Virus record (IMG/VR): IMGVR_UViG_3300033148_008145
Coordinates: 1-61,882 of that record
From: a virus
Taxonomy: Duplodnaviria > Caudoviricetes
DNA: 61,882 bases
Reading direction: 5' to 3' (one strand)
The first letter of the stretch is position 1. Each line of letters opens with the position of its first letter. Positions 48,301-55,896 of the stretch are shown one piece after another. The translations under genes were made by a program, and so were the position numbers. The notes under the pieces were generated by a model. The model saw only the letters and a list, made by a program, of their open reading frames with translations, searched no databases and had not been told where the DNA came from.

Positions 48301-49462
48301 TGCCATAAGTTTTTTTGATAGGGTCGTAATTGTTTGGAACTTTAACCTTTATTAATTGGGTGTCATATGACCTACTAGGGATGCGGTTAAAAAATTCCGC
48401 GTCAAATTTAGAGTAGACCATTGCGCTATACGGATAGCGAAGTTTTGTCCCATATATTTCCACTAAAGACTCTACGTATGATTGGTTCTTAAGATAGGCT
48501 GTTAATGACTCGGGGGTAATCCGGATTATTTTTATCCTCCAACCGACAAAGCCGGGTATGGTGGTATAATCTGTTACGTTTTGATTTGTTACACCGCTTC
48601 GGTTTAAGTGGATTTTTGAGTTTCTTATGTATACTTGCTCTACATTACCGATTATCTTTTCGTGTCGGGGACCCTCCCATTTTTGCGGGGTTGTATCAGC
48701 GGCAGGCGTAGAGGTTGAGGAAACTAGGTTGAACCTGTCATCAAAGATAGGCTGCCAATAAATATAATACTCTATGGTGCGAGCCTTGACATCTCCATAT
48801 CCTACTGGGGCGGGTTTTCTTCCCACCTTTTGGTCGCGAGGGGCATCCTCGTTTCTTATTTGTTCAAAAAGCTGGGTGACTTTTATTCTTACTTCAACGG
48901 TGGTGCATTCTTTATTAAGGATCGTATAAGTTTTGGCTACTGTATCCACAGCAGTGCTATCTGCCAAGCCATCAAGGTTAGATGTATAGGAGCCTCCCTG
49001 AGTAGAGAGTCCGTAAAGCCTCTCCCCGATGGGTCTTTCAACGGTAAGGTCGAGGGTTTCACTTGCAGGTAAATCACTTCGTAATTCAGGCAGATTTCCT
49101 TCCGGGTCCCCCTTGTGGTATTCGACGTTTATGCTGGAATAGTTGTAATATCCGTTTTGATCCACAACTGGCAAGTCGTTCCAATAAACTGAGCGCAAAA
49201 ACCCCAGCTCGGTGGAGAGTGTTCCAGACGTTCCTGTTGTTGCGTAAGGGGTAAAACCTGTTTCATAGAAGCCTGTGTCACCTTGAGTGCCGTTGTAGGT
49301 ATAGGAGCCGCTGACAAGACCTTCCATTACTCCTTCGCAAAGTAAGTCAACTACCTCCGCTGAGGAATCCACAACTTGTAGATTGCCGTTAACAGAAACC
49401 CCGCGTTGGTCCGTAATTACGTTCCGCGCTTCCTTTTCGTCTCCTCCGCCAAATAAACCCAT
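42383..49462 (-). CDS. tail tip / host specificity protein (lambda gpJ-like) with LamG insertion
   Basis: DLLCEGVMEGLV, LRYPYSAMV...FDAEFF..IPSRSY, WTDNPAWCFYDLLTNPRYGLG, DKWALYEIAQYCDVLVPDG...EPRF, GVTSRGQARRLGQW. Confidence 0.9.
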   Translation of the reverse strand: MGLFGGGDEKEARNVITDQRGVSVNGNLQVVDSSAEVVDLLCEGVMEGLVSGSYTYNGTQGDTGFYETGFTPYATTGTSGTLSTELGFLRSVYWNDLPVVDQNGYYNYSSINVEYHKGDPEGNLPELRSDLPASETLDLTVERPIGERLYGLSTQGGSYTSNLDGLADSTAVDTVAKTYTILNKECTTVEVRIKVTQLFEQIRNEDAPRDQKVGRKPAPVGYGDVKARTIEYYIYWQPIFDDRFNLVSSTSTPAADTTPQKWEGPRHEKIIGNVEQVYIRNSKIHLNRSGVTNQNVTDYTTIPGFVGWRIKIIRITPESLTAYLKNQSYVESLVEIYGTKLRYPYSAMVYSKFDAEFFNRIPSRSYDTQLIKVKVPNNYDPIKKTYGISDAILVNDATWPQSVKVKSRLKTGQVVTFEGGAKLYLTGDTPDITYPANFYQEVNTHSLLHFDGANGDETTVDSSTYPIQITLNADAELSTTEKKFGASSLYLDGTEDSATLGANDGSSFAWSNSSWGIECWVRPDSGSFSAIQMIFDSNGVIYLQINTDGKVVLRNKKASDSSEFATITTTQALTVDTWHHIAAVRNGNDFKVYIDGTSYGNATASDTIKTATAASTIGEYESGSSQYFKGYIDEFRITIGEAPYTANFTPATTAFPTPYKITNYGTLTSGAAYKFGARQGGIAGTSNHADPVFAETGATTEGYSGTTEVDNFWDGGFKQVSVWPEGAALATDTDPLIIKEWTDNPAWCFYDLLTNPRYGLGEYISEPQVDKWALYEIAQYCDVLVPDGYGSIEPRFTMNHIMTSREEAYQAVNNLASVFRGIAYYANGLIFAVQDAFKKPLYQFNNTNVIEGNFSYSSSSKKARHSVAIVRYIDKHNLFVPTVEYVENEESIKRYGIRQIETSALGVTSRGQARRLGQWVLASEADETESVTFTVGQDGAYIKPGDIVQIYDQYRTPLKLGGRTNSVIGTGVAPSSIDWTTPPADQDGSITGNSVIIDNVVEFTTNQVYKFSLLTPTYNYEAADISDLDSNNITEIRRSQLQTLYFEGSHALSVTGYYKSDYEEGGSGIATQIYFHTGLIVEGGEPIGTGNQLDFENYVITGYTNNYVQGPDAPIIMSYSGGCFSGENLVWSIEPNDPTAPEFISGNLSNYRIINVAENDEDTTYNVSALAYASGKYDKVENRLKFDNPIQSEPPIWPYYKEGSNYYSWGTIIEKGGPHAQEDEPASLPLTSNEKDKFNTLEVTIPQAGLKTKAPEQQGDRDSYEIDDTESSLVVNAMSYGVFIYEQLVLDDVGTHPPFGDVNLLSTLFTAERGSTLLWPVSNDQWGNYKGREFITINGNPGSKIADGGNAISSDGTLSAFFAEEFLNKDTNYWVAVFAFNNQRRSAKALIGLIPASNSNIASAQDTTIGKHQIQGDSAFSFIDGINVTSLTSDDLIGDTQVNTLNQLSSTQPSFSWDASSEYTLADDYNQLMDIPSYHEYRITIRKHDSNLSPNTPSNEIYVEITGYKPTEGSFVFFRDYNSPHVIEDLPNVAGAVSHSAGGHQWWEVKESGVIFRNDKNSFPLREFDIVVEAHDPAGLTSAGNNVGDNTIFGQKDTYTDGAEGYQKMSCNIGIPSGIVFAQGDSSSEVDALDDYFFLTPSQAYARKYPYVAKAALYNDGTLNLSIEPSTDRAGNRILNETQLSNSFSDVRGVVYYYSTGDNTLIDERVKTDEGLGEVIFNPKNKAPRFDLYPNNIPTSQILGYQGEVNYMTAADWGPAPGPNEFIQWNVALGVPGVAHFDSLKNAENNAAFQSYRNFYVFDNSTDAANITIPFPDIGEPSVQNIQLTIALFDSLTYFEHFNSDGTPKTTLIDNSSYADPNPDYPYPAWNGKELIPTLFTDKNMNFSTFPQKIYTDGDTGTAVEWGDEEEGFGPNAEGSPIFLKERSLQTQGQDALAYRAWFDVTLDPGELKLMMDFDQNHFKDNVSYRGGYIRKQISAGKYEVVLDPKKNKLKGFSKMIFEETSLRYPPGSSPNAFLLAGKLSLYFDDTVGFDPEQYTVDVEFSQCDIASAYLGNRRYNVLKISDSRDPLAEENQLNPNTRDFVTSSTDLPRCYLYEKGRGYITFYLAPFMLKSYSTYIMDRMRSGQVDWCVEAFYVGQDNNYNTAGCAGLNCDAFLSYPNPEKNSDGEYIYPYIKNFNGQAVVTSCRRIHDFYPYQKLGAAARGGYNTIEKVTYSRYKGVEGNLDDLTRSANIKIASYFWDTGTQKVLAWGKPLGATIDFMGGVQKQNGTEIIQNIYFGYLANGTLPNIHLPDRVGNVFVEQLKAGQKGYEVGTFLKNVAGYTDTDYDTNRNAFIGNIIKLRGGILLSDKLGGKVN

Positions 49463-49463
49463 A

Positions 49464-50234
49464 TTATACCCCTGTTATTTCCTTTTCATATTGATCAACC
49501 CGAGAATCAATACTTTTACCTATTCCCTTGATATTGTAGTATAAACCGTAATCAGAAGAACCCCAATAATCATTTTTCGGCACTCCAGCCAACTCATCGA
49601 AGTAATCTGTAGCGGCCTGTATAACTTGGCTCCCAACCAAAAGCCTACCATAGGCTATAAAGACGGGGCCCCCTTCTTTTACGACATTTTGAGGGCCAGA
49701 AAAAACATAAGAAGGTCTGCCTCCTCCTTCTACTTCTCTGAAATCGTCAAACTCCGGGTCTTCCGCAAGTAGGTTGGCCACCCCTGCCGCCAGTAAACCA
49801 ATACCTGCCACAACAGCCATTCCATACATGCTACCCCATGCTGCTCCAGCCATTATGGCGGCTCCCCCCACCCAAATTAAGGCAACCGCCAGTATAACAG
49901 TAAACCAGTCAAAAAAATCGCTTGACCCTTCTATAACAGGAACTATATCTATAGATTTAAGACTTGAAATTTTTTCCAAGCATAATTCTGAGGATCTTAA
50001 TCCCGCTTTGGTGTTGGGATCTTTTCCTTCTTCTACCATGAAATCATCACCGTTTATTAATACTCTATATTTTATATGCTTTTTATCATTTTTAATCAAA
50101 GATGAATAAAATTCTTTCCATTGAGATTGAATGCCTCTTATTGCTTCGCTTACGTTTTTTACTTTCAGGTTCCATTCGTTACGATTGGCTTGCTCTGCAA
50201 GTATTCCGTGTAGTGTTATTTTAACCTTATTCAT
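49464..50234 (-). CDS. tail assembly protein (lambda gpI-like)
   Basis: ITLHGIL, IDIVPVIEGS, SYVFSGPQN...GGPVFIAYGRLLVGSQVI. Confidence 0.85.
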   Translation of the reverse strand: MNKVKITLHGILAEQANRNEWNLKVKNVSEAIRGIQSQWKEFYSSLIKNDKKHIKYRVLINGDDFMVEEGKDPNTKAGLRSSELCLEKISSLKSIDIVPVIEGSSDFFDWFTVILAVALIWVGGAAIMAGAAWGSMYGMAVVAGIGLLAAGVANLLAEDPEFDDFREVEGGGRPSYVFSGPQNVVKEGGPVFIAYGRLLVGSQVIQAATDYFDELAGVPKNDYWGSSDYGLYYNIKGIGKSIDSRVDQYEKEITGV

Positions 50235-50949
50235 TTAGTCCTTGGTGTCTATATATCTTATAAATTTTTCTGTGGATTGCCTTATTTAATTTTTCAGTGG
50301 TTGGGAACTGGTCCCTAGGGTGATGATACATTATACTATCTCCCAGATACACTCCTACATGGCACGGCCCCTCCCCTTTTATCATTTCAAAAACTATTAA
50401 ATCATGTTTTTTAAGTGCTTCGATACATTGGGTGTCAAACTTGTCCCATTCTTTTTTTATATTAGATTTATTCAATTCGAAAAGTTCTTTGGCTAAGGTG
50501 AACAATTTTGGATTTGAAGTATCAGAACCCGTCAAAGTTATTCCAAGTTTTTTATAATAATCTTTAACTAACGTGTAGCAATCAGATTCCCCGAGAATAA
50601 ACTTTTTATCTATCTGTACAGTTTTTTCCTTTGTCGGGTCGTAAGTAAAAAAACCTCCCGTGGGATTGTGGTACATAAGGAACTTTAGGTTATGGTTATG
50701 ACTTGCTTGTCTGTCACAAACTGAAAAAGAGGGCTTTCCGGAAACGTGCGAATGGTATACAGCCTTTATGGTTCCTTTGCGGGAGGCTTTTAAATATTCG
50801 TAGGGAGATATGTTAAAGTGACGGGCTGGTTTTTCGGAATAGTTACGGCACCGGAAGACTTTTTTATCGACAACAAGACCACAGCACTCTTTGGATACGT
50901 CTTCTAGGGCGTGAGACTTGATTTTTTCTTTAATTATTTCTGAAAACAT
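50227..50949 (-). CDS. tail assembly protein (lambda gpK-like; JAB + NlpC/P60)
   Basis: ECCG...YHSH...S..D JAB motif; DCYTLVKDYY...HVGVYLG...HH NlpC/P60 motif. Confidence 0.9.
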   Translation of the reverse strand: MFSEIIKEKIKSHALEDVSKECCGLVVDKKVFRCRNYSEKPARHFNISPYEYLKASRKGTIKAVYHSHVSGKPSFSVCDRQASHNHNLKFLMYHNPTGGFFTYDPTKEKTVQIDKKFILGESDCYTLVKDYYKKLGITLTGSDTSNPKLFTLAKELFELNKSNIKKEWDKFDTQCIEALKKHDLIVFEMIKGEGPCHVGVYLGDSIMYHHPRDQFPTTEKLNKAIHRKIYKIYRHQGLNE

Positions 50950-50950
50950 T

Positions 50951-52222
50951 TTATCTCCCTCCCCCTACTTTTCTAGCGGCCGGAAACCCTCCGTATGGAA
51001 GACCGTTCGCTAATCCTATGGGGCACCCACCGTTGTCTCTTACGGCTCCTGTGCCGCTTGCCCAACGTAAACGGCATCCATGTAAACTTTTCGAACATTC
51101 ATCCGCTATCCAATAGGTGGAGTTGGGGGGTGGGGTAGCAACTGGAATGGGATCTTCTTCATCATAACCTTCTGCGGAGGAGTCAAGTTGAGCCTTTGAT
51201 CCTCCTTTAGCTACAAAATAAAATTTTATATTGTTTTTTAAAATGAAAACAAACTCGTTCTTTTTGTATTTCTTGTCGCTTACCCATTTGCCTTGGTCCC
51301 CTCCGCTGCTGTATTGCCCTACTTTCCCTGTGATGGAAGCTATTAGCTCATCATTATCAGTTGCAACAGGAGCAGCAAAGCTGGGAAGGGTGAGTTGCGC
51401 CGTGGTGAGTTGAGCTTTTCTAAGGGCCGGAACGTTTTCTAGAGGCTCATTAACACCCTCCAAAGGCCTTGTTCTTACTTCGTTTTCGTCTACATGCTGA
51501 TACCAACACCCCGGTCCTCGGTATTCCCATTGGCATCGGTCTGAAATTATAGTTCTGCGGGGAACCTTTACCCCTTCCAAATCAAGAACTGAAGAAAGTT
51601 GGTACTGTATAGTAGATTTGTTTTCCCCAGTTTTCCTTTCTATAAAATAAATATCTAAAGGGAGTTCGGCGTTAGGGTCGGGCTCATATCCATCCGGAAG
51701 CTCTTGTATGCGTGGGGAAAATGGTTGCTTTTGTGTGAGCTCGGTCTCGAATTGAAAATTAGTCCAGTCTAAATATTTGGCAAAGGTGCGGCGACGTGTC
51801 ACTTTAGCTCCAATTATATCACCGAAAGAGAGAATTTGGTGTTTCAGCAAGGAAAGGATGTCGTTTCCTTTTTCTGACTGACTAGAAATGGTGAGCATCG
51901 GGGTAGGAAGTGTTCCTTTGCTGGAGTTTTCAAACCCAGAAGCCTGAATGGGGGCGGGGAAATAGGTGTTACCTTGCCACGTTATTTGGGAATTAAATAC
52001 TTTTATATTATTGTGAAAGCGTAATATTTGGTCTACGTGCGGGGTAAACCCCACCTTTTCAGCGCTGGCAGTGAGGTTGGGGAGCGATTTAGAGTCCAGT
52101 AAATTGGTAAGATCAATATCAAAAAGAGTTACTACCGCGGAGGGGGTGAGGTTGCTCAGCTCAAAGATCAGAGATTTTATTGAGGACTCTGCTTGGCTTT
52201 TCGTTATTGATCCTTGTGCCAT
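50951..52222 (-). CDS. minor tail protein (lambda gpL-like)
   Basis: WQGNTY..PIQASGFE...GTLPTP.L, GAKVTRRRTFAKYLD, CQWEYRGPGC...DECSKSLHGC..R four-Cys motif, LPYGGFP; start ATG 52222 (MAQGS) preferred. Confidence 0.9.
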   Translation of the reverse strand: MAQGSITKSQAESSIKSLIFELSNLTPSAVVTLFDIDLTNLLDSKSLPNLTASAEKVGFTPHVDQILRFHNNIKVFNSQITWQGNTYFPAPIQASGFENSSKGTLPTPMLTISSQSEKGNDILSLLKHQILSFGDIIGAKVTRRRTFAKYLDWTNFQFETELTQKQPFSPRIQELPDGYEPDPNAELPLDIYFIERKTGENKSTIQYQLSSVLDLEGVKVPRRTIISDRCQWEYRGPGCWYQHVDENEVRTRPLEGVNEPLENVPALRKAQLTTAQLTLPSFAAPVATDNDELIASITGKVGQYSSGGDQGKWVSDKKYKKNEFVFILKNNIKFYFVAKGGSKAQLDSSAEGYDEEDPIPVATPPPNSTYWIADECSKSLHGCRLRWASGTGAVRDNGGCPIGLANGLPYGGFPAARKVGGGR

Positions 52223-52223
52223 T

Positions 52224-52814
52224 TTAGTTGTTTTCTTGGGAGATGGAGACCGTAATGGTATAGTTGTTGAAGAAAACGTAATTACTGCTAAAATTGGGAC
52301 ACACAAACCGTTTTACGAATCCTCCGGCAGTGTTGTCGGCATAGAGGTCCGGCAACTCCTTGATCGAAAAACTTTCGACGCCTTTTCTGGCCTTCAGAAA
52401 GTGAAGAATGGCGCGGGTTTCTTTTTCTGTTCTCTTTTCGAAAGTTATATCTAGTTGGATGAGACCGGCAAACAAACCGTCTTGATTTCTCTGCTCGTAC
52501 CCATTACCGAATTTGACAACATTAACCCGAGGATTGTGTTTCGTTGAGATATTATAAGAGGGTTTCCATAAAAAGAGAGGTACAAATTTGTCTTTTCCTA
52601 CCGTGGTGTATCCTCCCCAGTTGGCGGTATCGCTTTCTGGGTAAGTAGCGCCGCTGGTGTCAGCAAGCGCGTAATAATATTTAATGGATGTTGGGACTTT
52701 ATTAGGGGAAGAAGGCACTCCGGCATAACTTATGCGCGCTACTATGTCGTTTTTAGAGTAGCTCGCTCCAGAGACCCAATTCTCTACATTGTAAATGCTA
52801 TTGTTAAATGCCAT
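52224..52814 (-). CDS. minor tail protein (lambda gpM-like)
   Basis: FLWKPSY...PRVNVVKFGNGYEQR..DG...ILHFLKARKGVESF. Confidence 0.85.
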   Translation of the reverse strand: MAFNNSIYNVENWVSGASYSKNDIVARISYAGVPSSPNKVPTSIKYYYALADTSGATYPESDTANWGGYTTVGKDKFVPLFLWKPSYNISTKHNPRVNVVKFGNGYEQRNQDGLFAGLIQLDITFEKRTEKETRAILHFLKARKGVESFSIKELPDLYADNTAGGFVKRFVCPNFSSNYVFFNNYTITVSISQENN

Positions 52815-52840
52815 TTTCCCTTAATCCTTTATTTATTATA

Positions 52841-52862
52841 TTACACTTAAAAACAAGTGTAA
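52841..52862. promoter_or_regulatory. back-to-back GTGTAA motifs (divergent putative late promoters)
   Basis: TTACAC (52841-52846) and GTGTAA (52857-52862) in the 63-bp gap between divergent tail genes. Confidence 0.65.
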
Positions 52863-52877
52863 AATAAAGATAAGGTA

Positions 52878-53717
52878 ATGTTAGGGAGAATTAGGAGAGA
52901 AGCGGAAAGTATCACCATTAACGGTAGTGGGATACAGGGAGTTCAGTCGGTAGGTATGGAGTACAATTCTGTGGTCCGGCCTTTGTCGAGCCTAGGAATT
53001 CAGGGGGTTAATGGGCCGGTTTATGCCCCCGAAGGTCCTCAAACGGCCAGTTTAAATGTAAATACACTTTTTTCACATAAAATACCCAGTTCCGCAAATA
53101 CCCTTTCCGAAAACTTTTTTTTGAATTTCACGGGAGATGTCCCTTTTAGTGGCCAAGTGAAGTACGGGACCAAAAATTTTCTTTTTAAGAGGGCGTATGT
53201 AAACAGTTATGGCGTTTCCTGTGCTATAGGGCAAATACCTCAAATTTCAACAAACTCAACTGTCTTTGGGGAGTTGGGAACAGGAGATATAAGTTTTCCT
53301 TCTGACGCACCTTCTCCTCAGGAATTGGCTATACCCGGGTATAGTAGTATAGAGATCAATCTTGATGAATTTACCACCAACCGTGTGAATTCTTTTGATG
53401 TGAATATAAACACCCCCCGCGTCCCTATTTACGCCCTCAATGGGGATGAGCCAACCGCTGTGATAGCTGGCAATCCTGTTGTAGTGAGGGTTAACTTCTC
53501 TCTAGAGGTGGACGATTACGAAATAAAAAATATGAGGTTCACACCAAACGAGACAGTTTTCAGAAACACCACAATAACTTTGAAAAAGAACAACTCTGAT
53601 ACTACATTATTAACATATTCTTTTGATAATATGCTTTTAACAGCAGAATCTTTCAATGGAGCGGTTGATTCTAATGCGGCAGTTAATTTCAGCTTGAGTT
53701 CTTCCATAATAACATGA
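52878..53717 (+). CDS. tail tube-like protein (paralogue)
   Basis: IQGVQSV, AYVNSYGVSCAIGQIP, RVNSFDVNINTPRVPIYAL match the tube motifs of 29996-31246. Confidence 0.6.
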   Translation: MLGRIRREAESITINGSGIQGVQSVGMEYNSVVRPLSSLGIQGVNGPVYAPEGPQTASLNVNTLFSHKIPSSANTLSENFFLNFTGDVPFSGQVKYGTKNFLFKRAYVNSYGVSCAIGQIPQISTNSTVFGELGTGDISFPSDAPSPQELAIPGYSSIEINLDEFTTNRVNSFDVNINTPRVPIYALNGDEPTAVIAGNPVVVRVNFSLEVDDYEIKNMRFTPNETVFRNTTITLKKNNSDTTLLTYSFDNMLLTAESFNGAVDSNAAVNFSLSSSIIT

Positions 53718-53741
53718 TAGTGTAATAAAAAGTATAGGTTT

Positions 53742-54611
53742 ATGGCAACGGTATTCTATGATAGAGCGGCAGTGGAGGTAACGCACAATGGCGTTACCGA
53801 ACAGCTTTTAGCTACCAATTGCTCTCTCAATTTTTCCAATACCCAACAACCTCTTTACATGATAGGCGCGAAGGGTTCTTTGGGACAGTTTCCAAGCGCT
53901 GCGAGAGCTGGAGATTTGTCTTTTGGCTTTTTGACGACAATTACGGGTGAGTATTTTGGGCAAATTGGAAACTTGATTAATACTGTAGCAAGTGGGGTTA
54001 AAAATAATGTCTCTAATGGTTCGGAGACGAGTGGTGTTACGGTAAAGTTTGCAGGTGTTAGTGGATTGGGTTTTCTGACGTCTTATAGTTTGGGTGTTGC
54101 GAGTAATACACTTTCTTCTTCCTCCGCAGCTTTTACCTTCTATGGATCAGGAACCCAGCTTCCTATGAGCGGAAGATTAACAGGAGTTGCAGGACAACTT
54201 ATTAATACAGGAACCTTAACAACGGGAATTGCTCATGGAAGACATACCAATTTAAATAATTTTGCGACTATTATTTCAGCCCCTTCTGATGGCGCCGAAA
54301 CAGGTACAGTTTTTAGCGCAGACTATTCTTTGTCGTTAGCGTATAAACCGGTTTATAAAATTGGACAAGAATTTCCTACAACATGCTTCTACACAAGCGC
54401 ACAAGAATCTGTGGATGTTACAGAGGATGTATTTAACTCTGGATTGGCTTTTAAAGCGGTTAGTCAGGACCTAGTGATGACCGTAAGTGGCTTAGGGGGA
54501 AGTTATGGGATGGAAATAGGACTATCAGGGGCACAGCAAGTGGGTACATCTATGCAGGCTGGGTTGGATGATATAGTGAGAACTCGAAAAACCTTAACGA
54601 CTGCATATTAG
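53742..54611 (+). CDS. tail tube-like protein (paralogue)
   Basis: QPLYMIG, GFLTSYSLGV, YKPVYKIGQEFP; GTGTAA at 53720. Confidence 0.6.
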   Translation: MATVFYDRAAVEVTHNGVTEQLLATNCSLNFSNTQQPLYMIGAKGSLGQFPSAARAGDLSFGFLTTITGEYFGQIGNLINTVASGVKNNVSNGSETSGVTVKFAGVSGLGFLTSYSLGVASNTLSSSSAAFTFYGSGTQLPMSGRLTGVAGQLINTGTLTTGIAHGRHTNLNNFATIISAPSDGAETGTVFSADYSLSLAYKPVYKIGQEFPTTCFYTSAQESVDVTEDVFNSGLAFKAVSQDLVMTVSGLGGSYGMEIGLSGAQQVGTSMQAGLDDIVRTRKTLTTAY

Positions 54612-54615
54612 TAAA

Positions 54616-55890
54616 ATGTTATACTCCGCAAACAACGCCAAGCTGAAGCTTAACAATAAAGAGGTCCTTGCTTCGAACGCAGAATTATCGTTGGGGGCTT
54701 CTCTTGCTGCTAGCTATCTAATGCAAGATAGACATACCACTACTTTCGCATCTTCGAATGGGATAGGGGGGACGTTAAACTTTAACTTTTATCTTACCGG
54801 AAAAGATTTCATTAAGTCGTTTGTTACGGGGCAAGGGGAGATTCCTCAAGGCGAAAGCCAAAAAATTTCAGGGAATTTCGGGGGGTTGAATTTTGATAGC
54901 GGTTATTTGACGTCTTATTCAGTTAATTTCTCCCCCAATTCTCCGGCTGTTGCCTCCGCTAGCATAGCTTTTTTTTCTGATTTAGAAGGGGAATTCAGTT
55001 CGACCAGTTCGGCACCGCCTTCAGATGTGGACGTATTGAATTTTTCTAATGCCGCTATTACATCACAGCTGGGAGAAAATATAGTCAATGATTTTATAGC
55101 CGGTACTTATAATTACAGCGCAAGCGTAGCTCCCGTTTATTTAATGAACGAAACTAAACCAAGCCGGGTAAGTTTTGGGGAGAAAACCATAAGCGCGAAT
55201 TTTGAAATCGATAACCCCACGGGAACTCTACCTTTTACTGGGTCAGATGCTAAAATTGAGGTGGGGTTGAAAAAATTTGACAACGAACAAATTAGCATGG
55301 GGAATTGGACTTTAAGGGCTGGGGCAGCTAATGATAATTATGATCCTTTTAATTCTTCTTCTGATAATGGAGATGTTTCTGCGACTTGGGATGGCCCCGG
55401 TTATGGTATAGCTGATTCGACTCCCTTTGTAGTCAACCCGAGTGAGGTTTTTACCGTTTCTTTTGATTTAGCTTTAGAGAATGCTGCCCCACAATTTCAA
55501 CTCATTAATTATGATGGAACTTTAAAAAAGGGATGGTCAACCGCTCAAACGTTGTCTAACGGTTCAAACTCTTTTACTGTTACTGTAAGCCCTACGGATG
55601 AAAGCGTAATAATAAACAGGGGTGAGTACGCTGCATTTCAAATATGGAATTCAAGTACTTCGGAGTGGACGTTAACCAACTTAAAAGTAGTTCGTACAAC
55701 TTCTCAGCCCTCGGAGGTTTTCTCGTGTTCGGGAGTAATGCAGAGTCGAAGCGTAGCTTCTGCAGCGGGAGATTACATTAAACAGAGTATAAATATTATA
55801 GAAAATAACGTTGAGGAAACGAATTTTTTTGCATCTTATATTATTGACGCAAGTAATAACGCAGAAACCTTGGATGTCGAGGAACCCTAA
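54616..55890 (+). CDS. tail tube-like protein (paralogue) with inserted domain
   Basis: GYLTSYSVNF, APVYLMNETKP; ~140-aa aromatic-rich insert near the C-terminus. Confidence 0.55.
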   Translation: MLYSANNAKLKLNNKEVLASNAELSLGASLAASYLMQDRHTTTFASSNGIGGTLNFNFYLTGKDFIKSFVTGQGEIPQGESQKISGNFGGLNFDSGYLTSYSVNFSPNSPAVASASIAFFSDLEGEFSSTSSAPPSDVDVLNFSNAAITSQLGENIVNDFIAGTYNYSASVAPVYLMNETKPSRVSFGEKTISANFEIDNPTGTLPFTGSDAKIEVGLKKFDNEQISMGNWTLRAGAANDNYDPFNSSSDNGDVSATWDGPGYGIADSTPFVVNPSEVFTVSFDLALENAAPQFQLINYDGTLKKGWSTAQTLSNGSNSFTVTVSPTDESVIINRGEYAAFQIWNSSTSEWTLTNLKVVRTTSQPSEVFSCSGVMQSRSVASAAGDYIKQSINIIENNVEETNFFASYIIDASNNAETLDVEEP

Positions 55891-55896
55891 TTAACA

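Noticed and set aside
6643-49317. Numerous 60-210 aa antisense or alternate-frame ORFs inside long genes
   Set aside because: They are shadows of codon bias and repeats in the main ORFs, with no start signals or recognisable motifs.
52223-52306. Extended N-terminus of the gpL-like ORF (start 52306)
   Set aside because: It overlaps the gpM-like gene; ATG 52222 sits directly after the upstream stop.
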